Positions 24,005-31,766 of a stretch of DNA of 31,766 bases are shown here, piece by piece; positions within the stretch are counted from its first letter, which is position 1; each line of letters starts with the position of its first letter. Origin of the DNA: Candidatus Eiseniibacteriota bacterium. GTDB lineage: Bacteria; Eisenbacteria; RBG-16-71-46. Under the pieces are notes generated by a model. That model searched no databases. It worked only from the letters and a program-made list of their open reading frames with translations, and was not told the origin of the DNA. Made by a program: the position numbers and the translations under genes. The stretch is taken from the NCBI GenBank assembly GCA_041483195.1, contig JBGPFC010000040.1, positions 1-31,766 of the forward strand. The letters run 5' to 3'.

Positions 24005-26655
24005 CGCGCGGTCTCCCGCTCCAGCTCATCGAGCGCGACGAACCAGTCGCGCGTCGGCGCCTCGATCACGCGCAGCGTCTGCCCGCCGTTCAGCTCGTTC
24101 GCCGGGCACACCTCGACGCAGGTTCCGCAGCCGATGCAGCGCTCCTGCAACGTGGTGATCGAACGCGGATCCTCGCCATCGAACTCGCGGTTCGCGAAGG
24201 TCGGGCACACCGCGACGCACGCCCCGCAGTGGATGCAGGTGGCGGCCGGTCCGGCGTCGTTCTCGGCGCGCAGCAGCAGGTAGCGGGCGACGCCCGGCAG
24301 CGCCGCCGGCGCGCGCTTGAGGTAGGCGCCGGGCCGCACGTTCAGGAACTCCCGCGTGTAGCGCGGCGAGGCGCGCAGCGCCGCGAGCAGCGCGACGTGG
24401 CGCTCGCGGCGATCCGCGCGGGCCGCCGGCGCCGGTTCGGCCGCGTCGGCGGCGCGCTGCATGTGCTCGTAGAGCGGCAGGTGCGGGATCCCCGCCTGGC
24501 AGACCTCCTCGCAGTTGCCGCATCGCATGCACAGATCGAGCAGCGTGCGGCCGCTCTCGCCGATCGCCTCGCCGGCGTGATGGGCCTCGCCGAGATGGGT
24601 GAGCATCTGCGGCAGCCGGATCTTCGAATCGACGAAGACCGGGCACACGGTGTTGCACTCGCCGCAGTTCACGCAGTTGAGCGCGCGGGCGGAGGCGGCC
24701 TGCGGCGTGACGCCGTCCGCCGCCGGCGCGTGCGCGGCGCCGACCGGCTCTCCTCGGCCGCGCGCCGGGCCGGGGAAGATCGCGGCGATCGGGCGCGCGA
24801 GCCGCGCGAGCCAGGAGAGCGCCGCGCTCCCGTAGATCACGCGCATCGCGGTGACGCTCGGGACGAAGGTCGCGGTCAGCATCGCGCCCAACGCGCCGTG
24901 AAGCCGGAGGCCCAGCCGCACGCCGCGGTTCACGATCCCGGCGGGATCGAGCTTCGCCTTGAGTGCCCGCGTTGCCGCCGCGCGCTCGCGGCCCAGCTGG
25001 CGATCGGCCCATGCCGACTGCCAGCGGCCGAGGACGTAGGGCCGTCCGCCGTGCGCGTTCATCGCGAGATCCACCAGCGCCGGCGCGATCATGAGATCGA
25101 TCGCGAACGCGCCGCTGCGGTGGTCGGTGAGATATCCCCCGATGACGAGCGCCTCGCCGTCCGCGAGGAAGTAGACCTCGGCATCGAGCGCGTTGCCCGC
25201 GCCGCGCGCCAGCGCCTCGGCCCGCGGCAGGAAGGTGCGCACCTGCGCGGCGGGCATGACGATCTCGGCGGCGAGCAGGCCGGGGCCGAGCCGCTTGGTC
25301 TGCTGGGGCTTGAAGCGCTCGGCCGCGAACCGCACGCTCTCCTCGCCGAGCAGCCGCGGCGCGCCGGGCGCCTCCTGCCAGACCGCCGCGAACGTGCGGG
25401 CTTCATCGAGACCGAGGAAATCCACGAACAGGTAGGCCGCGGCGTGTTCGCGGTCGGGCGCGGCCTCGGCGCCCAGCTCCGCCGGCCCGGCGATGCGCGT
25501 CCACGGCAGACGCGCCCCGCTCGAGAGCGCGCTCGGGCGTTCCTTCCAGGTTCGCGCGTCCTCGTCCCGCCACACGCGGCGCGTGTGGTGGAGGTGAGAG
25601 CCCGAGAACAGCTTCAGATTGGCGGGCCTCGGGAACCGCGAGCCCGCGCCGCTCAGGACCCAATCGGCCGCGTCGAGCGCGGCTTCGCGCGTCTCGAACG
25701 ACATCAGGAACGCGCCGATCTCCCGCAGCGGCTCGACCCGCACCGCGAGGTGGAGCAGCACGCCGAACACGCCCTCGCTGCCCGCGAGGTCGCGCAGCGT
25801 GATGGGCGAGAGTCCGCGCGCGGTGAACCACGCGGCGGCTTCGGCGGGCGCGAGCGACTTGCGATGGCGGCCATCCGGCACGTCGAGCCGTCCGTCGTCG
25901 TGAAAGCGCAGGTGCTCGCCGTCGGGCAGCACCAGGTCGGCGGCGCGCACGCTGTCGAGCGCGCGACCGTTGCCGAACGCGTTCATGCCGATGCCGCCGG
26001 TCGCGAACCAGCCCGCGAGCGTGCCCCCGAGATTCGACGGGTAGACCCGAAGCGCGAGGCCGCGCTCCGCGAGGCGCTGATGCACGGTGCGCAGCCTCGC
26101 GCCGGCGCCCACCACGCACACGCCGTCGGCGGCGAGGATCTCGATCTCGTCGAGCCGCGAGAGATCGAGCGTGAGCCCGCCGTCGTTCGGCACCGATCCG
26201 CCCATCGCGGTCGACGCCGCGCCGCGCAGCGTGACGGGCACGCCGTAGGTGCGTCCCCAGCGCAGCGCCGTCACGACTTCGGCGCGATGCGCGGGCTGGA
26301 AGATCAGATCGGGGACCGCCCGCGTGAGGGTGCGCGTGAACAGGCGGCCGAGATAGACGTTCTGGTCGCGATCGGCCTCGCGGCGCAGCAGCGCGTCGGT
26401 CACGATGCGGGCGTCGCGCGTGTGCCCGCCGCCGTCGTCGCCGGCCTCCGCGCTCAGCACCGCGAGCAGCGAAGCGGCCAGCTCGAGCGTGCGACGCGGC
26501 GCCTCGCGCCCGGCGGGCGCGCGGCCGTCGTCGAAGAAGGTGTGGAGGTCCGGGATCGCGGTTCGCACGGCAGCGGCTCGCTGCTCGTGGGTCAGCGCCG
26601 TGAACGCATCCAGCGATTGACCGGCGACTCGCTCGAGGAAGGAGGGCTGGGTCAT
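24001..26655 (-). CDS. FAD-binding oxidoreductase (FAD_binding_4, GlcD/VAO superfamily) fused to two dicluster [4Fe-4S] ferredoxin domains
   Basis: 'PDLIFQP...VPVTLRGAASTAMGGSVP..GGLTLDLSRL', 'YPSNLGGTLAGWFATGGIG', 'GSEGVFGV', 'KAKLDPAGIVNRG'. Four motifs: CVNCGECNTVCP, CMRCGNCEEVCQ, CIHCGACVAVCP, CIGCGTCVEVCP. ATGA overlap with the gltB-like gene. Confidence 0.88.
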   Translation of the reverse strand: MTQPSFLERVAGQSLDAFTALTHEQRAAAVRTAIPDLHTFFDDGRAPAGREAPRRTLELAASLLAVLSAEAGDDGGGHTRDARIVTDALLRREADRDQNVYLGRLFTRTLTRAVPDLIFQPAHRAEVVTALRWGRTYGVPVTLRGAASTAMGGSVPNDGGLTLDLSRLDEIEILAADGVCVVGAGARLRTVHQRLAERGLALRVYPSNLGGTLAGWFATGGIGMNAFGNGRALDSVRAADLVLPDGEHLRFHDDGRLDVPDGRHRKSLAPAEAAAWFTARGLSPITLRDLAGSEGVFGVLLHLAVRVEPLREIGAFLMSFETREAALDAADWVLSGAGSRFPRPANLKLFSGSHLHHTRRVWRDEDARTWKERPSALSSGARLPWTRIAGPAELGAEAAPDREHAAAYLFVDFLGLDEARTFAAVWQEAPGAPRLLGEESVRFAAERFKPQQTKRLGPGLLAAEIVMPAAQVRTFLPRAEALARGAGNALDAEVYFLADGEALVIGGYLTDHRSGAFAIDLMIAPALVDLAMNAHGGRPYVLGRWQSAWADRQLGRERAAATRALKAKLDPAGIVNRGVRLGLRLHGALGAMLTATFVPSVTAMRVIYGSAALSWLARLARPIAAIFPGPARGRGEPVGAAHAPAADGVTPQAASARALNCVNCGECNTVCPVFVDSKIRLPQMLTHLGEAHHAGEAIGESGRTLLDLCMRCGNCEEVCQAGIPHLPLYEHMQRAADAAEPAPAARADRRERHVALLAALRASPRYTREFLNVRPGAYLKRAPAALPGVARYLLLRAENDAGPAATCIHCGACVAVCPTFANREFDGEDPRSITTLQERCIGCGTCVEVCPANELNGGQTLRVIEAPTRDWFVALDELERETAR

Positions 26656-26778
26656 CCCGTTGTGGTTAGGGAAGGCTCACCCGCCCGGCGGACTCTCGGG
26701 ATCGCCGCTCGCGGGGCTCGTGGCTCCGGCTTCCGGCGCAGCGGGATGGCCGGACACGCGGGGCCGCGAACGCGGCGG

Positions 26779-26787
26779 ACTATAGCA
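26779..26787 (-). promoter_or_regulatory. Extended -10 element (TGcTATAGT) for the oxidoreductase/gltB-like operon
   Basis: Reverse complement of actatagca, ~125 nt upstream of ATG 26655. A divergent TGgTATCGT lies at 26841-26849. Confidence 0.5.
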
Positions 26788-26907
26788 GAGGGCTGCGGGG
26801 CGGTCACATGGACGGCGGCCGCGCCAGCGTGTGAAAATGTTGGTATCGTTGAACCAACATGACCGGGCTGGACCCGCGCCTCCGGAGTGGCGCATCGAGG
26901 GCATCCC

Positions 26908-27948
26908 ATGATCCGAATCCCGCACCGTGGCCTCGCCGCCGCATCATGCGTGCTCGCGCTCGCGGCGCTCGCCTGCGGTTGTCGCGACAAGAAGCCGCTG
27001 ATCATCGCGCCGCGCCCGCCGGCGGTGCCCACCCTCGGCAAGAGCTGGCCCAACGAGGACAAGCGCTGGTGGAAGTACGACCTGCTCGCGGTCAGCTGCA
27101 GCGACACGCTCCACTACTACGCCACCATTGGAGAAGTTCCGGCGCTGCCCTCCATGCCCGCGCTCTTCGCGCTGGTGAGCGGCCTCGCCCCCGGCGCGCA
27201 GGGCGGTCGCGACTCCGCGACCTATCAGCTCGAGTTCAACGCGTCCAAGTTCACGGGCTCCGGCGCGTACGGACAGTTCCTCACCGAGAGCCTGTTCGTG
27301 AGCCCCGCGCCATTCGCGATCGCGGGCGGGCCGTTCTCCGTCCTGCGCGCGGCGAACGCCTCGCGGGGCGCGCCTCGCGCGGAGCCCGGCATGCTGCTCG
27401 ACGAGATCGCGCGTGCCCGGCCGGATCTCCGCGCCAGGATCGCGGCGCTCTCGGGCCGGCAGCCGCACGCCATGGCCGTCGGACCATCGATCCCGATGTT
27501 CCTCCACGGCGGCGTCTGGGAGAAGAACACCAACGCGATCGGAACCTTCAACGATCTCGACACGGTGCTGCGCTGGATATTCCTGACCTCGACCCTGTCC
27601 ACCGGCAGCGAGTTCGAGGAGCAGGTCGCGCCGCTGCTCTCGCCGGACATCGTTCTCCACGGCCGCATCCTGGGCCAGCAGTCGGTGACCACGCCCGCCG
27701 GAACCTACGCGGACGCGCTGGTGTGCTTCTACGCCCTGGACTTCGGGATTTCCGACGCCACCGACATCAACGGCGATCCGCTGGGCCACTTCCGCTCGTT
27801 CGACTATGGCGTGGTGGCGTACGTGCAGGACGTTGGGCCGGTCTACGGCTACGAGCGTCACCTGGTCGAGATGGGAGCGCCGCTCTCGCACGGCTCGCTC
27901 GAGGAGACCTCGCGGTTGCGCGCGACCGGGCTGATCGTGACGCAGTAG
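26908..27948 (+). CDS. Hypothetical lipoprotein
   Basis: Lipobox 'ALAALACGC'; beta-rich body with 'SVTTPAGTY' and 'YVQDVGPV' motifs; GAGGG upstream of ATG 26908. Confidence 0.75.
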   Translation: MIRIPHRGLAAASCVLALAALACGCRDKKPLIIAPRPPAVPTLGKSWPNEDKRWWKYDLLAVSCSDTLHYYATIGEVPALPSMPALFALVSGLAPGAQGGRDSATYQLEFNASKFTGSGAYGQFLTESLFVSPAPFAIAGGPFSVLRAANASRGAPRAEPGMLLDEIARARPDLRARIAALSGRQPHAMAVGPSIPMFLHGGVWEKNTNAIGTFNDLDTVLRWIFLTSTLSTGSEFEEQVAPLLSPDIVLHGRILGQQSVTTPAGTYADALVCFYALDFGISDATDINGDPLGHFRSFDYGVVAYVQDVGPVYGYERHLVEMGAPLSHGSLEETSRLRATGLIVTQ

Positions 27949-28030
27949 GCCGGTGACGCGGCCCCGCGGCCGGCCGGGACCGGGGCGCTCTTTCGCGCGC
28001 CGCGCGCGCGATCTCCCTGGGGTCACCCTC

Positions 28031-28058
28031 TAAAGTATACCCGCGCCGTTGCCGATGG
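28031..28058 (+). promoter_or_regulatory. Putative sigma28 (FliA/SigD/WhiG-type) promoter
   Basis: TAAA(G)-N-GCCGATGG: TAAA at 28031-28034 and GCCGAT at 28051-28056 (16-nt spacer; consensus TAAA-N15-GCCGATAA). Confidence 0.55.
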
Positions 28059-28159
28059 TACGGGGGTTGAGGCTTCTCCGCTGCGCATGGCCCCCCCTCG
28101 CGCACAACAGCATTCATTCAAGTGCAGTCTCGAGTGTCCACCGGGCCTGGAGTCCATCC

Positions 28160-30697
28160 GTGCCTGATCGCACGCCATCAGAAGCCACCCCCCGCGGCGG
28201 GAGCGCGGCCGCGCCCGCCGCATGGGTGGTCATGCTGGTCGGCGCCGGCGCGCTGATCGGATGGCAGCTGAACGTCGCGGCGCTCAAGAGCGTCCTCCCC
28301 GGGCTGGTCGCCATGAATCCCGCCACCGCGGTGGCGTTCGTCCTCGCCGGGATGTCGCTGATGTCGCTGCGCGACCCCGCGGCCCCGCTGCGGGTACGTC
28401 GCGCGGGGTACCTGCTCGCGGCGGCGGTGGCCGCGATCGGGCTCCTGCGACTCTGCGATCTCCTGCTCGGCTCGCGCGTGTGCCCGGACACGTACCTGTT
28501 CGCCTCCCAGCTCTCGAGCGCGCAGGGGTTGCCGCCCAACCGGATGGCCCCGAACACGGCGACCGGATTCATGCTCGTGGGGCTCGCGTTGATCACGCTC
28601 AACTGGGAGATTCGCCGCGGCCATCGCCCCTCGCAGGCGTTCGCGCTGCTCGCCGCGGGACTCTCGCTGCTCGCCGTTCTCGGCTACCTGCTCGACGTCC
28701 GCCAGCTGTACGGCGTGGGGTCGTTCATCCCGATGGCGCTCAACACCGCCATCCTGTTCCTGGTGTGTTCGGTCGGGGTGCTGTTCGCGCGTCCGGCGCG
28801 CGGGATCACGCGGGTGATCGTGGCGAGCGACGCGGGCGGCACCCTGGCGCGCCGCCTGCTGCCGTTCGCGCTCGTGACGCCCGTCGTCCTGGCGTGGTTG
28901 AGGATCTACGCCCAGCGCGCGGGGGTGCTCGCCTCCGAACCGGGCGTCTCGGTGATGGTGTTCCTCGGCATCGTGATCCTGACCGGCTTCATCTGGTGGA
29001 ACGCGAGCCGACTGAGCCATGCGGACATCGAGCGCAGGGACGCGCTGGCGGAGCTTACGCGCGCCCACGACGATCTCGAGCTGCGGGTGAGCGAGCGCAC
29101 GTCGCAGCTCGAAGACCTCAACCGGCGGATGCGCGGCGAGGTCGGCGAGCATGTCCAGACGGCGAACGCGTTGCGCGCCTCGGAGGCGCGCTATCGTCTG
29201 CTCTTCACCTCCAACCCGCACCCGATGTGGGTCTACGACCGCGTGACCCTGAGATTCATGGCGGTGAACGACGCGGCGATCAGGCTCTACGGCTATTCCA
29301 TGGACGAGTTCAGGGACATGACGATCGAGGACATCCTGCCCGCGGAGCAGGTGCCGGCGCTGCTCCCGGAAATTAGAGGCTCCCGGCCGGCGCTCAATCG
29401 TTCCGGCGAATGGAAGCACCGGCGGAAGGACGGCACGGTGCTCGACGTCGAAGTGTCGTCCCACACGCTGGTGTTCGCGGACCGCGATGCGGCGCTGGTG
29501 CTGGCGCTCGACGTGACCAGTCGCAGGCAGCTCGAGGCGCAGCTGCGCCAGGCGCAGAAGATGGAAGCCGTCGGCCAGCTCGCGGGAGGCGTCGCCCATG
29601 ATTTCAACAATCTGCTCACCGCGATCATGGGGTACGGACAGTTGATCCAGGTGAGACTCGCCCCGGACGACCCCGCGATCCACGACAGCGGCGAGATCCT
29701 GAAGGCCGCGGAGCGCGCGGCGTCGCTCACGCGGCAGCTGCTGGCCTTCAGCCGCCGGCAGCTGCTGGAACCGCGCGTGCTCGACCTGAACGCCGTGATC
29801 ACCGGGTTGGACAAGATGCTGCGGCGGCTGATCGGCGAGGACATCGATCTGGTCACGGCGCCGACCTCCGAGCTCGGCATGGTTCGGGCCGATCCGGGCC
29901 AGATCGAGCAGGTGCTGATGAACCTGGTCGTCAACGCGCGCGACGCGATGCCCCACGGCGGACGGCTCACCATCGAGACCGCGAACGTCACGCTCGGCGA
30001 GGACTACGCCCGCGCGCACGTGGACGTGAAGCCCGGACGCCATGTCATGCTGGCGGTGAGCGACACCGGGGTCGGCATGAGCCCGGAGACGCGGGCGCGC
30101 ATCTTCGAGCCGTTCTTCACGACGAAGGAAACGGGCAAGGGCACCGGGCTCGGCCTCTCGACCGTGCACGGAATTGTCCGGCAGAGCGAGGGGCACATCG
30201 AGGTCTACACCGAGCCGGGACATGGCACGACGTTCAAGATCTGCCTGCCCCGCGTGGAAGGCGCGGTGGAGCCGGCCGACGCGCGGCAGGACGCGCTGGA
30301 GCGCGTCGCGGGAACCGAGACCATCCTGGTGGTCGAGGACGAAGAGAGCATCCGCGGGGTGATCCGCGCGTCCCTGGAGGTCTACGGGTACCGAGTGCTC
30401 GAGGCCGCGGACGGAAGCGAGGGGATCACGATCTGCGAGCGTCGCGAGCAACGCATCGATCTGCTGATGGCCGACGTCGTGATGCCGCTGATGGGCGGGC
30501 CCGAGCTGGTGCGGCGCATCGGAATGGTCCGCCCGGATCTGCCGGTGCTGTTGATCTCGGGCTACACCGACCGGGCGCTCACCCACCAGGGCCTGCGGGA
30601 ATCGGAGACCGCATTCCTCCAGAAACCCTTCACCCCCGAAGCGCTGGCGCGAAAGGTCCGCGAGATCCTCGACGCTCCGCTCCGGGACGCCGCCTGA
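28160..30697 (+). CDS. Hybrid sensor histidine kinase/response regulator (multi-TM sensor, PAS, HisKA, HATPase, REC; CckA-like core)
   Basis: About 7-8 TM segments; PAS 'NPHPMWVYD...VNDAA...YGYS'; H-box 'GGVAHDFNNLL'; N-box 'NLVVNARDAM'; 'FFTTK..GKGTGLGL'; REC 'VVED...DVVMP...KPF'. GGAG before GTG 28160. Confidence 0.93.
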   Translation: MPDRTPSEATPRGGSAAAPAAWVVMLVGAGALIGWQLNVAALKSVLPGLVAMNPATAVAFVLAGMSLMSLRDPAAPLRVRRAGYLLAAAVAAIGLLRLCDLLLGSRVCPDTYLFASQLSSAQGLPPNRMAPNTATGFMLVGLALITLNWEIRRGHRPSQAFALLAAGLSLLAVLGYLLDVRQLYGVGSFIPMALNTAILFLVCSVGVLFARPARGITRVIVASDAGGTLARRLLPFALVTPVVLAWLRIYAQRAGVLASEPGVSVMVFLGIVILTGFIWWNASRLSHADIERRDALAELTRAHDDLELRVSERTSQLEDLNRRMRGEVGEHVQTANALRASEARYRLLFTSNPHPMWVYDRVTLRFMAVNDAAIRLYGYSMDEFRDMTIEDILPAEQVPALLPEIRGSRPALNRSGEWKHRRKDGTVLDVEVSSHTLVFADRDAALVLALDVTSRRQLEAQLRQAQKMEAVGQLAGGVAHDFNNLLTAIMGYGQLIQVRLAPDDPAIHDSGEILKAAERAASLTRQLLAFSRRQLLEPRVLDLNAVITGLDKMLRRLIGEDIDLVTAPTSELGMVRADPGQIEQVLMNLVVNARDAMPHGGRLTIETANVTLGEDYARAHVDVKPGRHVMLAVSDTGVGMSPETRARIFEPFFTTKETGKGTGLGLSTVHGIVRQSEGHIEVYTEPGHGTTFKICLPRVEGAVEPADARQDALERVAGTETILVVEDEESIRGVIRASLEVYGYRVLEAADGSEGITICERREQRIDLLMADVVMPLMGGPELVRRIGMVRPDLPVLLISGYTDRALTHQGLRESETAFLQKPFTPEALARKVREILDAPLRDAA

Positions 30698-30740
30698 GAC
30701 CTGCGCGCCGGATGGCGCGCGGCGGCGATCGCGGCCCGGC

Positions 30741-31571
30741 TTACCGCGACATCAGGATTCCGGTCACCCGCACGAACGACATCACAACGCCGGCGCCGGT
30801 GAGCGCGAGCAGCACCAGCGCGAGCACCTGCGTCAGCGGCGTCTCGCGCTTCTCGTCGTCGAAGCGCATCGCCTGGGCGGTCAGCCACCCGCCCGCGAAG
30901 CCGCCCGCGTGCGCCCAGTTGTTCACGCCGCTCATGAAGAACCCGAACGCGAACATGATGATCGCCCATTGCCAGAGCTGGGCGGTGAGCATCGAGATCC
31001 CGCGCCGCCGCCCGTACACGAGCAGCGCGGCGAGCAGGCCGAAGATGCTGCCCGACGCGCCGATCGATGGCGCGCCGCTCGCGAAGTTCGAGAGCACGAA
31101 GCCGACGGCGCCCGCGACGCTGAAGATGATGAACGCGCGCGCCGGGCCGTACACCTCGGTGACCGGCGGGCCGAGATTCCGGATCCACATCACGTTGAAG
31201 AAGATGTGCAGCAGACCGCCGTGCAGGTAGATCGCGGTGAGCACGGTCCACCACCAGCCCTGTTGCCACGCGAGGCCGCCGGTCATTCCGAGCTGGTAGA
31301 GCGCGCGGCTGCCGGGCGAGAGGATCGACATGATGCCGGCCGGGTGAAGGATCGCCTCCGGCTGGAGCGCGAGCGCGATCACGTAGAGCACCACGCAGCT
31401 CATGACGATGATCGCAATCAGGTCGAGCCGACGCCCGAACAACCGCTGGATCACCGGCGCCCAGCCATACAGCCCCGGCCGCCAGGCCCCACAAAACGGG
31501 CACTTGTCCTCGCCCACCCCGATCAGCTTCCCGCAGGAGGGGCAGATCATGGAGCCCGACGTCTGTCGCAT
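30741..31571 (-). CDS. Rhomboid family intramembrane serine protease with an N-terminal zinc-ribbon
   Basis: 'CPSCG...CPFCG', 'HGGLLHIFFN', catalytic 'GASG' and 'AHAGG'. ATG 31569-31571 lies 7 nt after TATGCT (31579-31584). Confidence 0.92.
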   Translation of the reverse strand: MRQTSGSMICPSCGKLIGVGEDKCPFCGAWRPGLYGWAPVIQRLFGRRLDLIAIIVMSCVVLYVIALALQPEAILHPAGIMSILSPGSRALYQLGMTGGLAWQQGWWWTVLTAIYLHGGLLHIFFNVMWIRNLGPPVTEVYGPARAFIIFSVAGAVGFVLSNFASGAPSIGASGSIFGLLAALLVYGRRRGISMLTAQLWQWAIIMFAFGFFMSGVNNWAHAGGFAGGWLTAQAMRFDDEKRETPLTQVLALVLLALTGAGVVMSFVRVTGILMSR

Positions 31572-31603
31572 GCCGCGCAGCATACGGTACGAGCGTGCGA
31601 TTC

Positions 31604-31766
31604 GGGAGCGGGGCAAGGCGCGGGACGTGCCCGGCCGACGGTTTACCTCTAGGAGGCCGGGCACGTCCCGCGCCTTGCCCCGCTCCCCGCCGACGGTTCG
31701 CCTCGTAGCGGCACGGGCGGGGCGCCGGGCGGGCGCTCCCGGCCGACGGTTTACCTCTAGGAGGCC
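31604..31766. repeat. Perfect 33-bp inverted repeat plus a 29-bp direct repeat at the window end
   Basis: Arms 31604-31636 and 31655-31687 around an 18-nt loop. CCCGGCCGACGGTTTACCTCTAGGAGGCC occurs at 31630-31658 and 31738-31766, with a degenerate copy at ~31689-31712. Confidence 0.92.

Noticed and set aside
26656..26778. Glutamine (glnA) riboswitch call
   Set aside because: CGUUC and GGAAG are present, but the E-loop GUA/GAA and the closing GAACG are not; kept only as a low-interest structured leader.
28178..30586. 802-aa antisense ORF to the histidine kinase
   Set aside because: Typical antisense open frame of a high-GC gene, with no recognisable motifs.
30741..31571. Rhombosortase as the processor of the sorted proteins
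   Set aside because: The tails lack the GlyGly motif and the gene is ~18 kb away; no sequence evidence links them.
31630..31766. CRISPR array
   Set aside because: Only two identical copies and one degenerate copy; the first 'spacer' is the inverted-repeat arm; no cas genes in the window. An extension beyond the edge cannot be excluded.
1..31766. tRNA, rRNA, phage or defence genes
   Set aside because: None recognised by eye; a tRNAscan/Rfam run would be needed to exclude small RNAs.

Overview
Very GC-rich (roughly 70% by eye) bacterial window with about 20 plausible genes. Most long ORFs in the supplied track are GC-driven shadow frames. Secreted proteins ending in 'TTWGAIKSLYR' or a FlgD-type Ig domain suggest an FCB-related lineage such as Ca. 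Eisenbacteria (inference). The main find is a translationally coupled two-gene unit at 17537-26655 (- strand). It pairs an FAD-linked (GlcD/VAO-type) oxidoreductase carrying four CxxCxxCxxxC motifs with a 2155-aa glutamate-synthase-like protein. That protein has a reordered domain layout (degenerate barrel, FMN barrel, internal Ntn glutamine amidotransferase starting at HDS|C1111, GXGXG), and no gltD is present in the window. Nearby are a secreted protein that looks like a circularly permuted caspase-fold (clan CD) peptidase, surface proteins with three different C-terminal sorting signals, and a 51-bp diverged duplication of an ACP gene 3' end that brackets a single-gene cassette. The window also holds tandem GT-C/TPR-like membrane paralogs, several apparent leaderless, sigma54 and sigma28 promoters, and a perfect 33-bp inverted repeat with direct repeats at the right end. 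All calls come from reading motifs by eye; no database searches were run.
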